A stretch of DNA of 64,000 nt, from assembly GCA_040285745.1 (NCBI GenBank), contig JAUFOR010000002.1, forward strand, positions 992,001 to 1,056,000, written 5' to 3'. The translations under genes were made by a program, and so were the position numbers. Below, in pieces: positions 54,660 to 64,000 of the stretch; within the stretch, counting starts at the first letter, position 1, and each line of letters starts with the position of its first letter. This stretch comes from Barthelona sp. PCE (Eukaryota). Under the pieces are notes generated by a model that had not been told where the DNA came from, made no database searches, and worked only from the letters and a program-made list of their open reading frames with translations.

Positions 54660-56090
54660 ATGAGTAAAGCCCAGTTGAAAAACACCCCGTTAAGTACCAA
54701 TATTCGGACTGAAGGCTCTTTTCTGGCCAAATCTGTCAGTTTCCTGCGCTTAAGTTTTCCAAGATTAGCATCGTTTGCCAGTGGTCTTGACGGGCTTGCC
54801 GTTAACGTTGATGTGGAAAAAGACCCTTATTTAGCGGCGCTTAACGTTGATGATGATGCTGATCAGATCGCAGATTCATTTAAGACAACCGGTGCAGGAC
54901 CCAACGTACAGAGCTTCCGCGCAACAGCTTCAATCAACAGCACGGCAGTCAATCTCGCTAACTCAATGATTGGGGCCGGCCTTCTGAGTTTCTCTCTTTT
55001 TCTTCGCCTTGCTGGTTTAGTCACTGGTGCCTTGATTATGATGGGCCTCGCCCTACTCTCCCGCTTCACATTGACCTTATTAATCAGATGTTGTGTACTC
55101 ACCAGACGGTATGACATTAAGGGTATTCTTAAGAAGTCTTTCCCAACAGGAATTGCCAAAATTGTTGATTTTCTTGTTGGTTTCTATGGTTTCCTCTTCC
55201 TAATTGCATATCTCCTCATTTTTGGAAGTTATTTACCTGAATTATTACAAACTTGGACTGGAAATGATACATCATTTTATTTCCAGGCTTGGTTCCTCAA
55301 GTTAATCGCTCTAGTTTTTGTTCTCATTCCATTGTGTATGCTAGAAGATCTTAATGCATTGAGATTTGCTTCTGCTGGTGCATTAGTCGCTATTTTATAC
55401 ACTGTTTTTACTGTTTTTGCACGTACTTTGGAGCTTGCTTCTCTTGATAACATCAAAATAATCAAAATAGATTTCGAATTGATGGATGCTATCCCTCTTT
55501 GCATTTTTGCGTTCTCAGCTCATCTTTTGATTGGTAATCTCTACAAGGAACTGCGTCATAGAAGTGTTCCCCGAATGGTAAAGTCCATCAACATTGCCCT
55601 TTCTATCAATTTCTGCTTTTATTTCCTCATTGGCGTTTGTGGATATCTCTGTTTCGGTGATGAGACTCCAGATAACGTATTAATGGGCTTTGATAGTGAT
55701 GATTTCTTGATTCAAACTGCAAAATTAGCAATGTGTTTCGTGGTTCTATCTTCTTATCCCATTTTACATTATGCTTCAAACGTAGCGTTCTCTAGTCTTC
55801 TCCCAGAGTTCAAGAACCGTCGTGTTTATCTCGCCATTTTCCTCACTTCATTGAGTTACGTTGTCACTCTCTTTGTTGATTCTTTAGGGTTGATTCTATC
55901 ATTCACTGGTGCTGCTGTGTCAACATTCATTGTCTATATCCTGCCAGGCTTTGCATTCCTCAAGTTTTCGCAGCGAAAGAAGAATAGCGAGAAGTTTAAA
56001 TCTTTGCGAACTAAGTCAATCATGGTAATTATTTTTGGCTTCTTCGTTTCTATTTTCTCAATTACCCGTCTTATTATTAAGAACTTTTAA
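54660..56090 (+). CDS. Amino-acid transporter, AAAP/SLC38 family
   Basis: 'NLANSMIGAGLLS', 'FAFSAH', 'GYLCFG', 'YILPG'; about 11 TM. Confidence 0.9.
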   Translation: MSKAQLKNTPLSTNIRTEGSFLAKSVSFLRLSFPRLASFASGLDGLAVNVDVEKDPYLAALNVDDDADQIADSFKTTGAGPNVQSFRATASINSTAVNLANSMIGAGLLSFSLFLRLAGLVTGALIMMGLALLSRFTLTLLIRCCVLTRRYDIKGILKKSFPTGIAKIVDFLVGFYGFLFLIAYLLIFGSYLPELLQTWTGNDTSFYFQAWFLKLIALVFVLIPLCMLEDLNALRFASAGALVAILYTVFTVFARTLELASLDNIKIIKIDFELMDAIPLCIFAFSAHLLIGNLYKELRHRSVPRMVKSINIALSINFCFYFLIGVCGYLCFGDETPDNVLMGFDSDDFLIQTAKLAMCFVVLSSYPILHYASNVAFSSLLPEFKNRRVYLAIFLTSLSYVVTLFVDSLGLILSFTGAAVSTFIVYILPGFAFLKFSQRKKNSEKFKSLRTKSIMVIIFGFFVSIFSITRLIIKNF

Positions 56091-56144
56091 CTCACTTATC
56101 CCCATTATTTTATTCATGCCCCAATAAATATCTCAAATAATTTT

Positions 56145-57977
56145 TTATTCATCATCTGTTTTGCCTTGCATAGAGCTTAAATTAGAACTTCCATGTAAGA
56201 GTTCACGATACATCATTGTTGCAAATACACCCTTACACAATCTGAAAGTTAAGCGAGCAGCGTTATGGGTACCAGGCTCAGGCTCAACAAACTCAGCACC
56301 AATAGCCTCTGTAAAGGGATCCTTTTGCAGGTCGGCGTCAACAAAACTGTCGCTGTACGTGAATAGTTCACAATTCATATCAAATACTTCCTGAATTACA
56401 CGACGGTATCCACCAATAATGTCAACACCAATACGTTTTAAATTGCTAAACATGTCCTTGGTGAGTTCTAGCTCCTCCAACACAGTGGCGGCGGCCTCTT
56501 CCAGAACAGGGGGAAAGCGGACGCCTTCACCGTAACAAGGGATTACGATGTCAGCAAAGCGATGTTCACCTATATTCTCGGCAGTAATCTCAATAGCTTG
56601 CAGCATGCGGTCGTCGGCGGGGTCGTCCACCAGATCTCCGACCATCAGAGCATGACCCATCGAAAGGCGGACGGTTACGAGTCGGTTGAATATGAGAGAC
56701 TGGATCGCATGGACGTAAAGGGTTCTCAGCTTACGAGGTACATAGTTAAGAAGACTTTCACCGCGTGAGCCTTCGAGCACACCGCCTATGATGTTACGCT
56801 GGACCTTAAAGCGACGATCAGCAGCTTGCATAGCTTCATTAAACTTGCCTTCCTTAACCAGAGCCTTGACAGTGCGTAATTGTTCACTGTCGCTTGGGTT
56901 CGGGTGCGAAATGAGGGAGTCAATGACGAAGCGTGCATCACCCTTGACACAGGCGGCGCCCAACATAGCTGTATTATACTCAGCATCGTTACCAAAACGT
57001 TGGAGACCGTAATAGTTGATAAAACCATTCTTTCCAACGAGCTCAGCGTTTCTCTTCAACGTTTCAGGCTCTGAAACATCCCTCAGAATAATCTGGAACT
57101 CGTTACCCCACAGTTTTCCAACAGCGATATCCTCTTTTTCGAATGAAAGGTTACCAAGGCGAATGGGCTTATCGAGGCGCTCCAAAGACCCAATGACGTT
57201 GTGGAAGTTAACAGGGTCGAGCTCAGAAACGCAACATTTCTGAATTGTGACACCACGCTTATCCTTGATTCCAGCAACTTTAAAGTACTTATCCTTCATT
57301 CTCATAAGCCTACACAGGTTATTAGTGGCGTTGAGGGTGTCAATACCTCTCTTAAGCATGGTAAAATGAACAAACTTGGGGAATCCTGGAGGAAGTTTGC
57401 GACGACGGTTACTTCTACGCTGTTTTGTCAACGTGATACCGTGCTTATCAGTCCTGGAGTCAAAACCGTAGAAATGCTCACGAATGAATTTATGAATTTT
57501 GCCTCTCTCACTCTTATCATGAAAAACAACAGGTATTAATAAATCTTCAGGGGCTGTTTCATTAGTGAGGTTTTCAAAGAAGCCAGTGATTAGTTCAGTT
57601 TGACCCTCGAAAAAAGTGCAGAACTCAGCAACTTTCTCCATGCTGAAACGGATCTTGTGCTTGGGAAGAACTGTAAAAGTGCTTGTGACAGCATACCCGT
57701 CTCCGTCTTCGGTGCGCTGGGCCTTCTGTGGGGGCTCACCGGCCTCAGATTGAGGTTGAGGTTGCTCAATATCAATGAATGCAAATGGACGCTCAAACTC
57801 GGGATGCTTCTCTATGAGCCCGGCAGCTGTGAACTTTTCGAACTTTAGAGGCTCTGTACTACCTTCAGGGATTTCTCTAACAATAAAATCGGAAAAACGA
57901 TATTTAAGAATGCCCGTACAACTATTTTCGGTGGAAAGATAGGCTAAAATGCCAACTTGATCTTCGGTTGGTTTCAT
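56145..57977 (-). CDS. PUS7: Pseudouridine synthase 7 (TruD family)
   Basis: 'GILKYRFSDFIVRE', catalytic 'AGIKDKRGVTIQ', 'GFINYYGLQRFG', 'YVHAIQS'. Confidence 0.95.
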   Translation of the reverse strand: MKPTEDQVGILAYLSTENSCTGILKYRFSDFIVREIPEGSTEPLKFEKFTAAGLIEKHPEFERPFAFIDIEQPQPQSEAGEPPQKAQRTEDGDGYAVTSTFTVLPKHKIRFSMEKVAEFCTFFEGQTELITGFFENLTNETAPEDLLIPVVFHDKSERGKIHKFIREHFYGFDSRTDKHGITLTKQRRSNRRRKLPPGFPKFVHFTMLKRGIDTLNATNNLCRLMRMKDKYFKVAGIKDKRGVTIQKCCVSELDPVNFHNVIGSLERLDKPIRLGNLSFEKEDIAVGKLWGNEFQIILRDVSEPETLKRNAELVGKNGFINYYGLQRFGNDAEYNTAMLGAACVKGDARFVIDSLISHPNPSDSEQLRTVKALVKEGKFNEAMQAADRRFKVQRNIIGGVLEGSRGESLLNYVPRKLRTLYVHAIQSLIFNRLVTVRLSMGHALMVGDLVDDPADDRMLQAIEITAENIGEHRFADIVIPCYGEGVRFPPVLEEAAATVLEELELTKDMFSNLKRIGVDIIGGYRRVIQEVFDMNCELFTYSDSFVDADLQKDPFTEAIGAEFVEPEPGTHNAARLTFRLCKGVFATMMYRELLHGSSNLSSMQGKTDDE

Positions 57978-58054
57978 GATATGTGTATTAAAGACTTTTT
58001 CACGAAAACGTTGTTGGATTTATCAAAACCTTTTACATGAATTGTCATCTGTAG

Positions 58055-59221
58055 ATGAACGTTTCCTACCCACACAGACTTAAATTGGTGTTCGAGGAAG
58101 TGCAGGCAAGGCTTAAATCATACAACACAAATATTAGCTTGTCTTGGGTTATTGATTACTTCATTAAAGCTAATCTCAAGTTTTCAACGGGCCTAACTAC
58201 CGAGGTTCTCCTCACAGAGATTCTGCATCAAATACATACGATGAATACTACATCGTTATTCAGAGCACATGTTGTAATTGATACATTTCAGCTTGATGAG
58301 AGTGTTTTATACACCAAAAAGCTAACAAAGCCCATCTTGCTCGATACATATTCCCGTCGTTCAGCTCAACATGCCCTTGAAAACGGCAAGTCTCTTTTTT
58401 GTGAATTGCTTCAACCACTTAATGATCACTTCATCCCATTAAAACCTCTTGTGGTCCACGACAGTGCAGGAATCCAGACTAGTGACGATCCATCTTGGTT
58501 GATTGAGGAGCAAGATTTTGTCCTGAACCATCACTCATATTCCGGTTTTGCTTTTGTTATTGGTCATGCTCAGAAGGACGACAATACTGTCGGAGTTCGA
58601 CTGCGCTTTTTTGATGCCTTCACCATTGATCTGACGATATTTCGTAAAGCTGGAGAGCTTGACCCTTTGGTTTCAGTGTTAAAAGTTGGTTGTTTTATAT
58701 GTTTCAGGAATATGCTTTTAAAAAGGGTGAAGGGACCAATGGGCGGACCAACAGAGCTTTACTTCACATCAAGTCTCTCCTTAAATTCTAACTTGAGCTT
58801 TACCAATGTCGGTAGCCTCTTTGGGTTTTTGAAGATTTTGGGAGTCACGTGCAAAAAATTGATTATTGAAGGATTTGAAACACACCAGACTTGTGGAGAA
58901 TGCGGATCTTTTTGTGTCTCTGCGGATTCAGTCAATGAAAGTCAGGGAGATTTTTGCATCATGTGTAACGAATTTAAACAATTTACCAATTCAGAACATT
59001 TTTTTTTAGCAAACTTTGCATCTTTATCCGGTGTTATGCGCCAGGTTATTGTACCCCTGGATGTTATGGGTGTGTTAATATCTTATTCATTTAGTGAAGA
59101 ACTGCAGCGCTTAATTAGTGATCCTAAAAGTGTTACGTACCCCATTGTTTTCGAGCAAGATTGTTTGCTGTTGAAGGACGATCGAGATTGTGCTGTATTT
59201 GCAGATGTGATTTTTCAATGA
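58055..59221 (+). CDS. Probable OB-fold protein with a Zn ribbon (CTC1/RPA1-C-like)
   Basis: 'LKVGCFICFRNMLLKR' OB-like strand; CGEC...CIMC inserted in the C-terminal domain. Confidence 0.45.
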   Translation: MNVSYPHRLKLVFEEVQARLKSYNTNISLSWVIDYFIKANLKFSTGLTTEVLLTEILHQIHTMNTTSLFRAHVVIDTFQLDESVLYTKKLTKPILLDTYSRRSAQHALENGKSLFCELLQPLNDHFIPLKPLVVHDSAGIQTSDDPSWLIEEQDFVLNHHSYSGFAFVIGHAQKDDNTVGVRLRFFDAFTIDLTIFRKAGELDPLVSVLKVGCFICFRNMLLKRVKGPMGGPTELYFTSSLSLNSNLSFTNVGSLFGFLKILGVTCKKLIIEGFETHQTCGECGSFCVSADSVNESQGDFCIMCNEFKQFTNSEHFFLANFASLSGVMRQVIVPLDVMGVLISYSFSEELQRLISDPKSVTYPIVFEQDCLLLKDDRDCAVFADVIFQ

Positions 59222-59270
59222 AGAAAAAAAAAATAAAAAATTGTGTTTTTGTGTTAGAGTTTACACGAGT

Positions 59271-59714
59271 TTAACATTGGGAGATCCAGTTGGCAATGGC
59301 ACCCTTGGTATCGTTGGTCATCTCCATACGGCCGTTGTTGGAAACAGTCTCACCAGTCTCAGCGTTGAGAACAATCATGGTAGGGATACCTCTGACATTG
59401 TAAGTACCAGGAAGAGAGTTCCTCTCCTGGGAATCGTAAGGGACGGCATAGGTCTGGAGGGTCTCTTGCATGTAACCCTGCATAGCATCGGAGCTACGAT
59501 CACGGGAAACAAAGATAACCTTGAAACCATCAACCTCATCCTTAAGATAAGGGCCAATAACACCGTTAGAGAAAGCACGGCAAGGGGGGCACCAGTGAGC
59601 GGAAAAATAAAGGGCAATAGCCTTGACACCTTCCAAAGCTTCAGCTGTAGGGACGGAATTGAAATCCTTATCAACTAAGTGGGAACCGAGTAATTCAATG
59701 ATCTTGTTGGACAT
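59271..59714 (-). CDS. Nucleoredoxin/tryparedoxin-like thioredoxin
   Basis: 'LYFSAHWCPPCRAF', 'VIFVSRD', 'VRGIPT'. Confidence 0.93.
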   Translation of the reverse strand: MSNKIIELLGSHLVDKDFNSVPTAEALEGVKAIALYFSAHWCPPCRAFSNGVIGPYLKDEVDGFKVIFVSRDRSSDAMQGYMQETLQTYAVPYDSQERNSLPGTYNVRGIPTMIVLNAETGETVSNNGRMEMTNDTKGAIANWISQC

Positions 59715-60250
59715 GTTGTGGATTTGTGTAGTTTGTGTAAATTTAATAAAGGTAGTATATTAAAATGCAAGAAGATTATTGAGAGCAAGCGTTCCAAGCA
59801 TTTATGTGAGCTTTATTCATGTTCCATGGGGTTGTTTCTATTCGTTATCCATGCGAACGATGTTGGTATTGCATTGTATTAATAAAAATTAAAATTGGGA
59901 CGAATCAATCAAGATATCACAAAATTCTCATTTGAACACTTCAGAGTTCGAATGAAGGCAGTTGAAGGTGATTTATGTGGAACAGATCCTGCTACAAAGG
60001 CTCAGAGATGAGAAAACAGTTTTTTCTTAACTGCAGTGCTTAACTCTTAAATTGATACATTTCTCGGGTATTATTGACAAAATACCGCACATTAATGCAC
60101 ACTAAAAGAACAAGAAGGGAGATATCGGATTTATTTTGTTTTTTTGGCTTACTCTCATTTAAGCTTGAAAATTACGCTTGTATGGTCAGTATGTGTGTGG
60201 TATTTACACGCAGTGTTGCAATCACTTAATACAAAAAAAAACTATCACAT

Positions 60251-60736
60251 TTATTCCTCAATGGGCTTAGGCTCAATCTCGACGACCATGACATCAAAAA
60301 CAAGATCGCTGTTGGCAGGGATGAGAACAGTGTCATCAGGACCAGGAACTTCTCTCTCACCATATCCAAGCCAAGCAGGGATCGAACAGCGTCTAATCTC
60401 ATCAACAGCAGCACCGTACAAACAACGTTCCATACCGGGGATGACTTTACGAGCACCAATTTGGAAGGAGAAAGGTTGACCACGCTCAAATGAACTGTCA
60501 AAAACTTTCTCTTCGCTTTCCAAAACCAGTTTACCCCTATAGTGAACACTAACAGTGTCACCGAGACCAATGCGGTGAGAGGAGTCATCAGAAGGCTCCT
60601 TGAGAATACCGATTTTCAACTTGGGCTTATCAGCGAATGGATCAGCAGTTTCTTCCATTCCAACGTTCTCAGCGACTTCTTCTGCGAATGCGACGACAGA
60701 CAGTAGTAATAATGTGAACACTAGGCTTTTAAGCAT
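60251..60736 (-). CDS. Secretory FKBP-type peptidyl-prolyl isomerase (FKBP2-like)
   Basis: Signal peptide; 'VHYRG', 'FDSS', 'VIPG', 'IPAWLGYG', 'IPANSDLVFDV'. Confidence 0.92.
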   Translation of the reverse strand: MLKSLVFTLLLLSVVAFAEEVAENVGMEETADPFADKPKLKIGILKEPSDDSSHRIGLGDTVSVHYRGKLVLESEEKVFDSSFERGQPFSFQIGARKVIPGMERCLYGAAVDEIRRCSIPAWLGYGEREVPGPDDTVLIPANSDLVFDVMVVEIEPKPIEE

Positions 60737-61026
60737 TGTTATGTGGGTGATATTTGTTAAAACAACACATTTTGAGTTGTTCTATCCCCATTTACACTTT
60801 GTCATATAGTAATCCAGATGTTTAGCTTAATATTTTGTACGGAAGGAAGGGTTTTGATCTTTTGATATCCAAGAGAATGACCATGAACAATGTGGCTATT
60901 TATGGATCAACAGGCCTTGGGCATGCGTGATTTTCCAAAGTATACTCACAGGAAAACTGGTAGAAACAACTCTCAGCAAAAAGCTTGCTTTTTCTTTACT
61001 TACTTTCTTTACATATTTTTATAGTA

Positions 61027-62073
61027 ATGTCACCCCCACCAACGAAGATACACGCAGGGAACTCCAAGGAGTCACCTACAGTTGCAGAATATTACAAAGA
61101 ATTTGATCCACTCGACTTTTGGGTTGGAGGCCACTATAGTGTAGGAAATGGCCCGGTGAACGCACTCAACAGCATGATAGAAGACGGAGGCTCTGGTCTA
61201 GCATTCTTTCCTTCTAATCCTCGTGGATATGCAGTCAAACCATACTCAACACATGTTGTTAGCGACTTTGTTAATGGTTTTGAGGGATCAACAGACGGAA
61301 ACACAAACCGTGTTCTTGTCCACGCAGCATACATAGTCAATCCTGCTTCGCCTGATGAAGCAATGCTTCAAAAGACAATGACAAAGATGATTGCAGAGTG
61401 CAAACAGGTTCGTCTCCTCGGGTTGCAGTATTACAACTTCCACCCTGGTAGCACAAAGGGAGAGATCGATCGCGATGCTGGTCTCAGAATGGTAGGTGCT
61501 TGCATCAATACTTTGCATAAAGAGGCTCCAGGAATTATTCCAGTCATTGAAATGACAGCTGGAAGCAAGCCGAAGCGAGGTGAGGCAGTGGGATATAAGT
61601 TGGGCGATCTTATTTCAGATTGTAAGAAGATAATTGACAGTGTTGAGGATAAGGATCATGTAGGTGTTTGTGTTGACACATGTCACATCTACGCAGCGGG
61701 CTACGATATTAGCACCACGCGTGGATGCGATTCATTTTTTAGAGAGTTTGATGAAGTTGTTGGCTTAAAATATTTATTGGGTATGCACATTAACGGAAGC
61801 AAAACGGCTTTAGGCAGCCATCATGATAAGCACGCTTCGCTATATGCCGCAGATAACCAGCTTGGTGATGCTGTGTTTTACTATATTATGAATGATAAAC
61901 GTTTCAAACACATTCCACTTATTCTTGAAACACCAGACACCTCCCTTTGGAGTGATGAGATTAATTGGCTCCGCTCCCTTGTCAACCAAGGTAAGAAGGT
62001 CGATGTAGAACCATCTGTTAAAGGTCGCAAACGACGTGCACGTCAGCAAACCATATCTGATTTTTTTGGATAG
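61027..62073 (+). CDS. APN1: AP endonuclease, endonuclease IV family
   Basis: 'HAAYIVN', 'NFHPG', 'IEMTAG', 'DTCH', 'DKH', 'LILETP'; basic tail ending in a PIP-like 'QQTISDFF'. Confidence 0.92.
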   Translation: MSPPPTKIHAGNSKESPTVAEYYKEFDPLDFWVGGHYSVGNGPVNALNSMIEDGGSGLAFFPSNPRGYAVKPYSTHVVSDFVNGFEGSTDGNTNRVLVHAAYIVNPASPDEAMLQKTMTKMIAECKQVRLLGLQYYNFHPGSTKGEIDRDAGLRMVGACINTLHKEAPGIIPVIEMTAGSKPKRGEAVGYKLGDLISDCKKIIDSVEDKDHVGVCVDTCHIYAAGYDISTTRGCDSFFREFDEVVGLKYLLGMHINGSKTALGSHHDKHASLYAADNQLGDAVFYYIMNDKRFKHIPLILETPDTSLWSDEINWLRSLVNQGKKVDVEPSVKGRKRRARQQTISDFFG

Positions 62074-62074
62074 A

Positions 62075-63640
62075 TTAAACACTGAAACGAGTCACAATCT
62101 CAACAATTGCGTTCGCAGGGAGCTTAGGTACTGGGATACACTTTATATATGATGCATCAACATTCTCCAACAAAACGTTTGGTTGATGACCGACATAAAA
62201 GATTCGAACCTCGACGGCATCACTGAAGCACACCCCCATTGTGCGCATGATACTTTCTGTGTTTGTGAGCGACTGGGCATACTGGTTTTCCGGTTCAACG
62301 AGCTTCATTGTTTCAGGACAGAGACCAATCTGTCCACTGATGTAAACATTGTTTTTGGTTTTCACAGCTTGTGCGTACGGCCCAATACACGCAGGGGCCC
62401 ACGACGATACACTCTGTACATGTAGAGTGCTCTGTCTATAACCAAAGTGCAGCGTGATTTCGCCAACAGAAGATATACTTTGTTGAACACAAGAACGACA
62501 CGGTGGAGGGATGCTAAAAACTGTGGAAAATGCACTATTTAGCACAGAAAAGTCAGATAAATCGCGCAATTCAACTTCAACATAAGCAATCAAATGTTGG
62601 AATTGGTCGAAACATTGCAAGAAAGTTAAGGCGTCTGTTCCCACATCATGCAACGTGGCCGTTGTGCGGACTCCATCCAGCTCTCCATACTCATCGGGTA
62701 CATCAAAACCTGCTTTTGGACGATCACGCAAGGTGTACAGTTTCTCGATGATTTCAGAATTTTCAATCAGTGTTTCTTCATGGAAAAACTGCATATCTGG
62801 CCCAGGGATCCGTTCTGTATTTGTTCCAACACCAGAATACGCGAAATTGATTTTTATCTGTGTGGTATCTTCACCAGCACCGGAGTAAAAATCGTTGGGG
62901 ATCAGATTAAACTCAGCTTTGTTCATCAGAAGGTGGGCGACCGGGGCCCATTCGTCGTCTGAAACAACGTCCACGCTACATTTTGTGATTTCAATCGACT
63001 TAGAAAACAAATTGCTGCTCACACATGTTGTTTCGTATTCTCCTCCTTCACCGCTTATGTGCATTCCACAGTCGCGAGACGCCTTTTGAAGGCGGGGGAA
63101 TAACTCTAGTAGGGATTTACCAAGCATATTGGGTGCCAACCCCCAGCTCGCAACTTTAACTAGTATTGATCTTTGGTGACACGCAAACATGTCCCTTAGC
63201 AGCTGCTCTTGATCATATTCCCACAAATAGGCGAGGGAAACGTACTGTAAACGGGAACACACGTTCTCAACACGAAGACGCTGATAATTACTTAGGACTG
63301 CTCCAGCTGCAACAGCATTCACAGAAGGATGCTGTTGTTTTACCTTTGCTAACAGGGCGTATAGCTCCTCCACCTCATCATCTGCGGTGGGTTGGTAGTA
63401 CTGTGTTGTGTTCTTGGTGATTGCATTGAATTTATGCTTGATTAACGGAATTTGCATTGATGCTGCAATGTATTCAACGTTTTTGGATGCCACGGTCTGG
63501 AAGCAGTGTGAATTAAGCTCCTCTTCTGTTGAGTCTGGTATGAGAGTAGCTAAAGCAACAATTTGATGCCCAAAATCCACACATTTTTGCAAACTGAATA
63601 TGGAGTCCTTGCCACCTGAAATCAGCCCAACAACTTTCAT
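62075..63640 (-). CDS. DPH6: Diphthine-ammonia ligase with C-terminal RidA/YjgF-like domains
   Basis: 'GLISGGKDS', 'YQRLRVENVC', 'GEGGEYET', 'LHVQSVSSWAPACIGPYAQA'. Confidence 0.95.
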   Translation of the reverse strand: MKVVGLISGGKDSIFSLQKCVDFGHQIVALATLIPDSTEEELNSHCFQTVASKNVEYIAASMQIPLIKHKFNAITKNTTQYYQPTADDEVEELYALLAKVKQQHPSVNAVAAGAVLSNYQRLRVENVCSRLQYVSLAYLWEYDQEQLLRDMFACHQRSILVKVASWGLAPNMLGKSLLELFPRLQKASRDCGMHISGEGGEYETTCVSSNLFSKSIEITKCSVDVVSDDEWAPVAHLLMNKAEFNLIPNDFYSGAGEDTTQIKINFAYSGVGTNTERIPGPDMQFFHEETLIENSEIIEKLYTLRDRPKAGFDVPDEYGELDGVRTTATLHDVGTDALTFLQCFDQFQHLIAYVEVELRDLSDFSVLNSAFSTVFSIPPPCRSCVQQSISSVGEITLHFGYRQSTLHVQSVSSWAPACIGPYAQAVKTKNNVYISGQIGLCPETMKLVEPENQYAQSLTNTESIMRTMGVCFSDAVEVRIFYVGHQPNVLLENVDASYIKCIPVPKLPANAIVEIVTRFSV

Positions 63641-63713
63641 GTAAAAACGAAGATGTAAAAGGTAGTGTTGTGTAAAAGAAAAGAAATCTCTTTCCTGTCG
63701 TCATTCAATTACT

Positions 63714-64000
63714 ATGGGCATTTTTGGTAATATAAAGGGGGCCATTGCGAGTAACCTGAAGCATGCGCGAAACCAAGCGCTTAAATTAACAAATCAGTTA
63801 GAAGAAATTAAGGAAGCTTCCGAATTCGTTGCTCTTTTACATGAAGGAGACAAGCTAATCAATTTATCGGGTTCCATAGTCAAGACCATGATGAATATAT
63901 ATAATTTAAGAAGACAAGAGGCACAAGCGCTGAAGGAACTGTCTGAAATTTTCGGTAGTTCACGTTCTGATACTAATTCAGAGGCCATAAACCGCATTGA
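63714..64000 (+). CDS. 5' part of a gene running off the window, BAR-like amphipathic N-terminus
   Basis: ATG at 63714 open to the window end: MGIFGNIKGAIASNLKHARNQALKLTNQLEEIKEASEF...; absent from the ORF track because it has no stop. Confidence 0.65.
   Translation, partial: MGIFGNIKGAIASNLKHARNQALKLTNQLEEIKEASEFVALLHEGDKLINLSGSIVKTMMNIYNLRRQEAQALKELSEIFGSSRSDTNSEAINRI

Noticed and set aside
1749-63997. The many short ORFs in the track that overlap long genes (e.g. 28401-29180, 48620-49273, 52167-52703, 63794-63997)
   Set aside because: Ser/Leu/Phe-rich antisense or off-frame shadows of E/K-rich coding strands with no motifs
1-64000. Alternative genetic code (TAA/TAG read as Gln, or TGA reassignment)
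   Set aside because: Conserved genes are uninterrupted and end at the expected C-termini; TAA, TAG and TGA all serve as stops
1-64000. CRISPR array, rRNA or tRNA genes
   Set aside because: No regularly spaced repeats or rRNA-like sequence seen; GTTCGAAT at 59946 lacks a T-stem and cloverleaf

Overview
This is gene-dense eukaryotic nuclear DNA in the standard genetic code, with about 45 apparently intron-less CDSs and very short intergenic gaps. Ciliary genes (DRC2/CCDC65, IFT57, RABL2) and highly divergent proteins suggest a flagellated, intron-poor protist, possibly a metamonad (inference only). Most genes are housekeeping: U2AF1, RPC34, RPS17, PUS7, DPH6, APN1, alanine aminotransferase, AP-3 beta, TatD and a Nup96-like protein. 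The main accessory feature is an AT-rich island at about 17.85-27.75 kb, holding a half-RING/U-box ORF and two very large, divergent hAT-like DDE transposases. The first transposon is fully delimited (18529-22774) by perfect 18-bp terminal inverted repeats (TIRs) and an atypical 7-bp target-site duplication (TSD). Its transposase is split by a -1 frame change at an A7 run. Both elements share an intron-like ~60-nt module in their leaders, and the DNA next to the first element's insertion site matches 18 nt inside that element. Other observations include a RING E3 gene with no ATG before its RING domain (candidate ATA start), a 7TM GPCR-like gene, recurrent promoter-like motifs and overlapping convergent gene ends. 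Starts were moved to the first plausible ATG where the ORF track used TTG/GTG. All homology calls come from motif recognition by eye; no searches were run.
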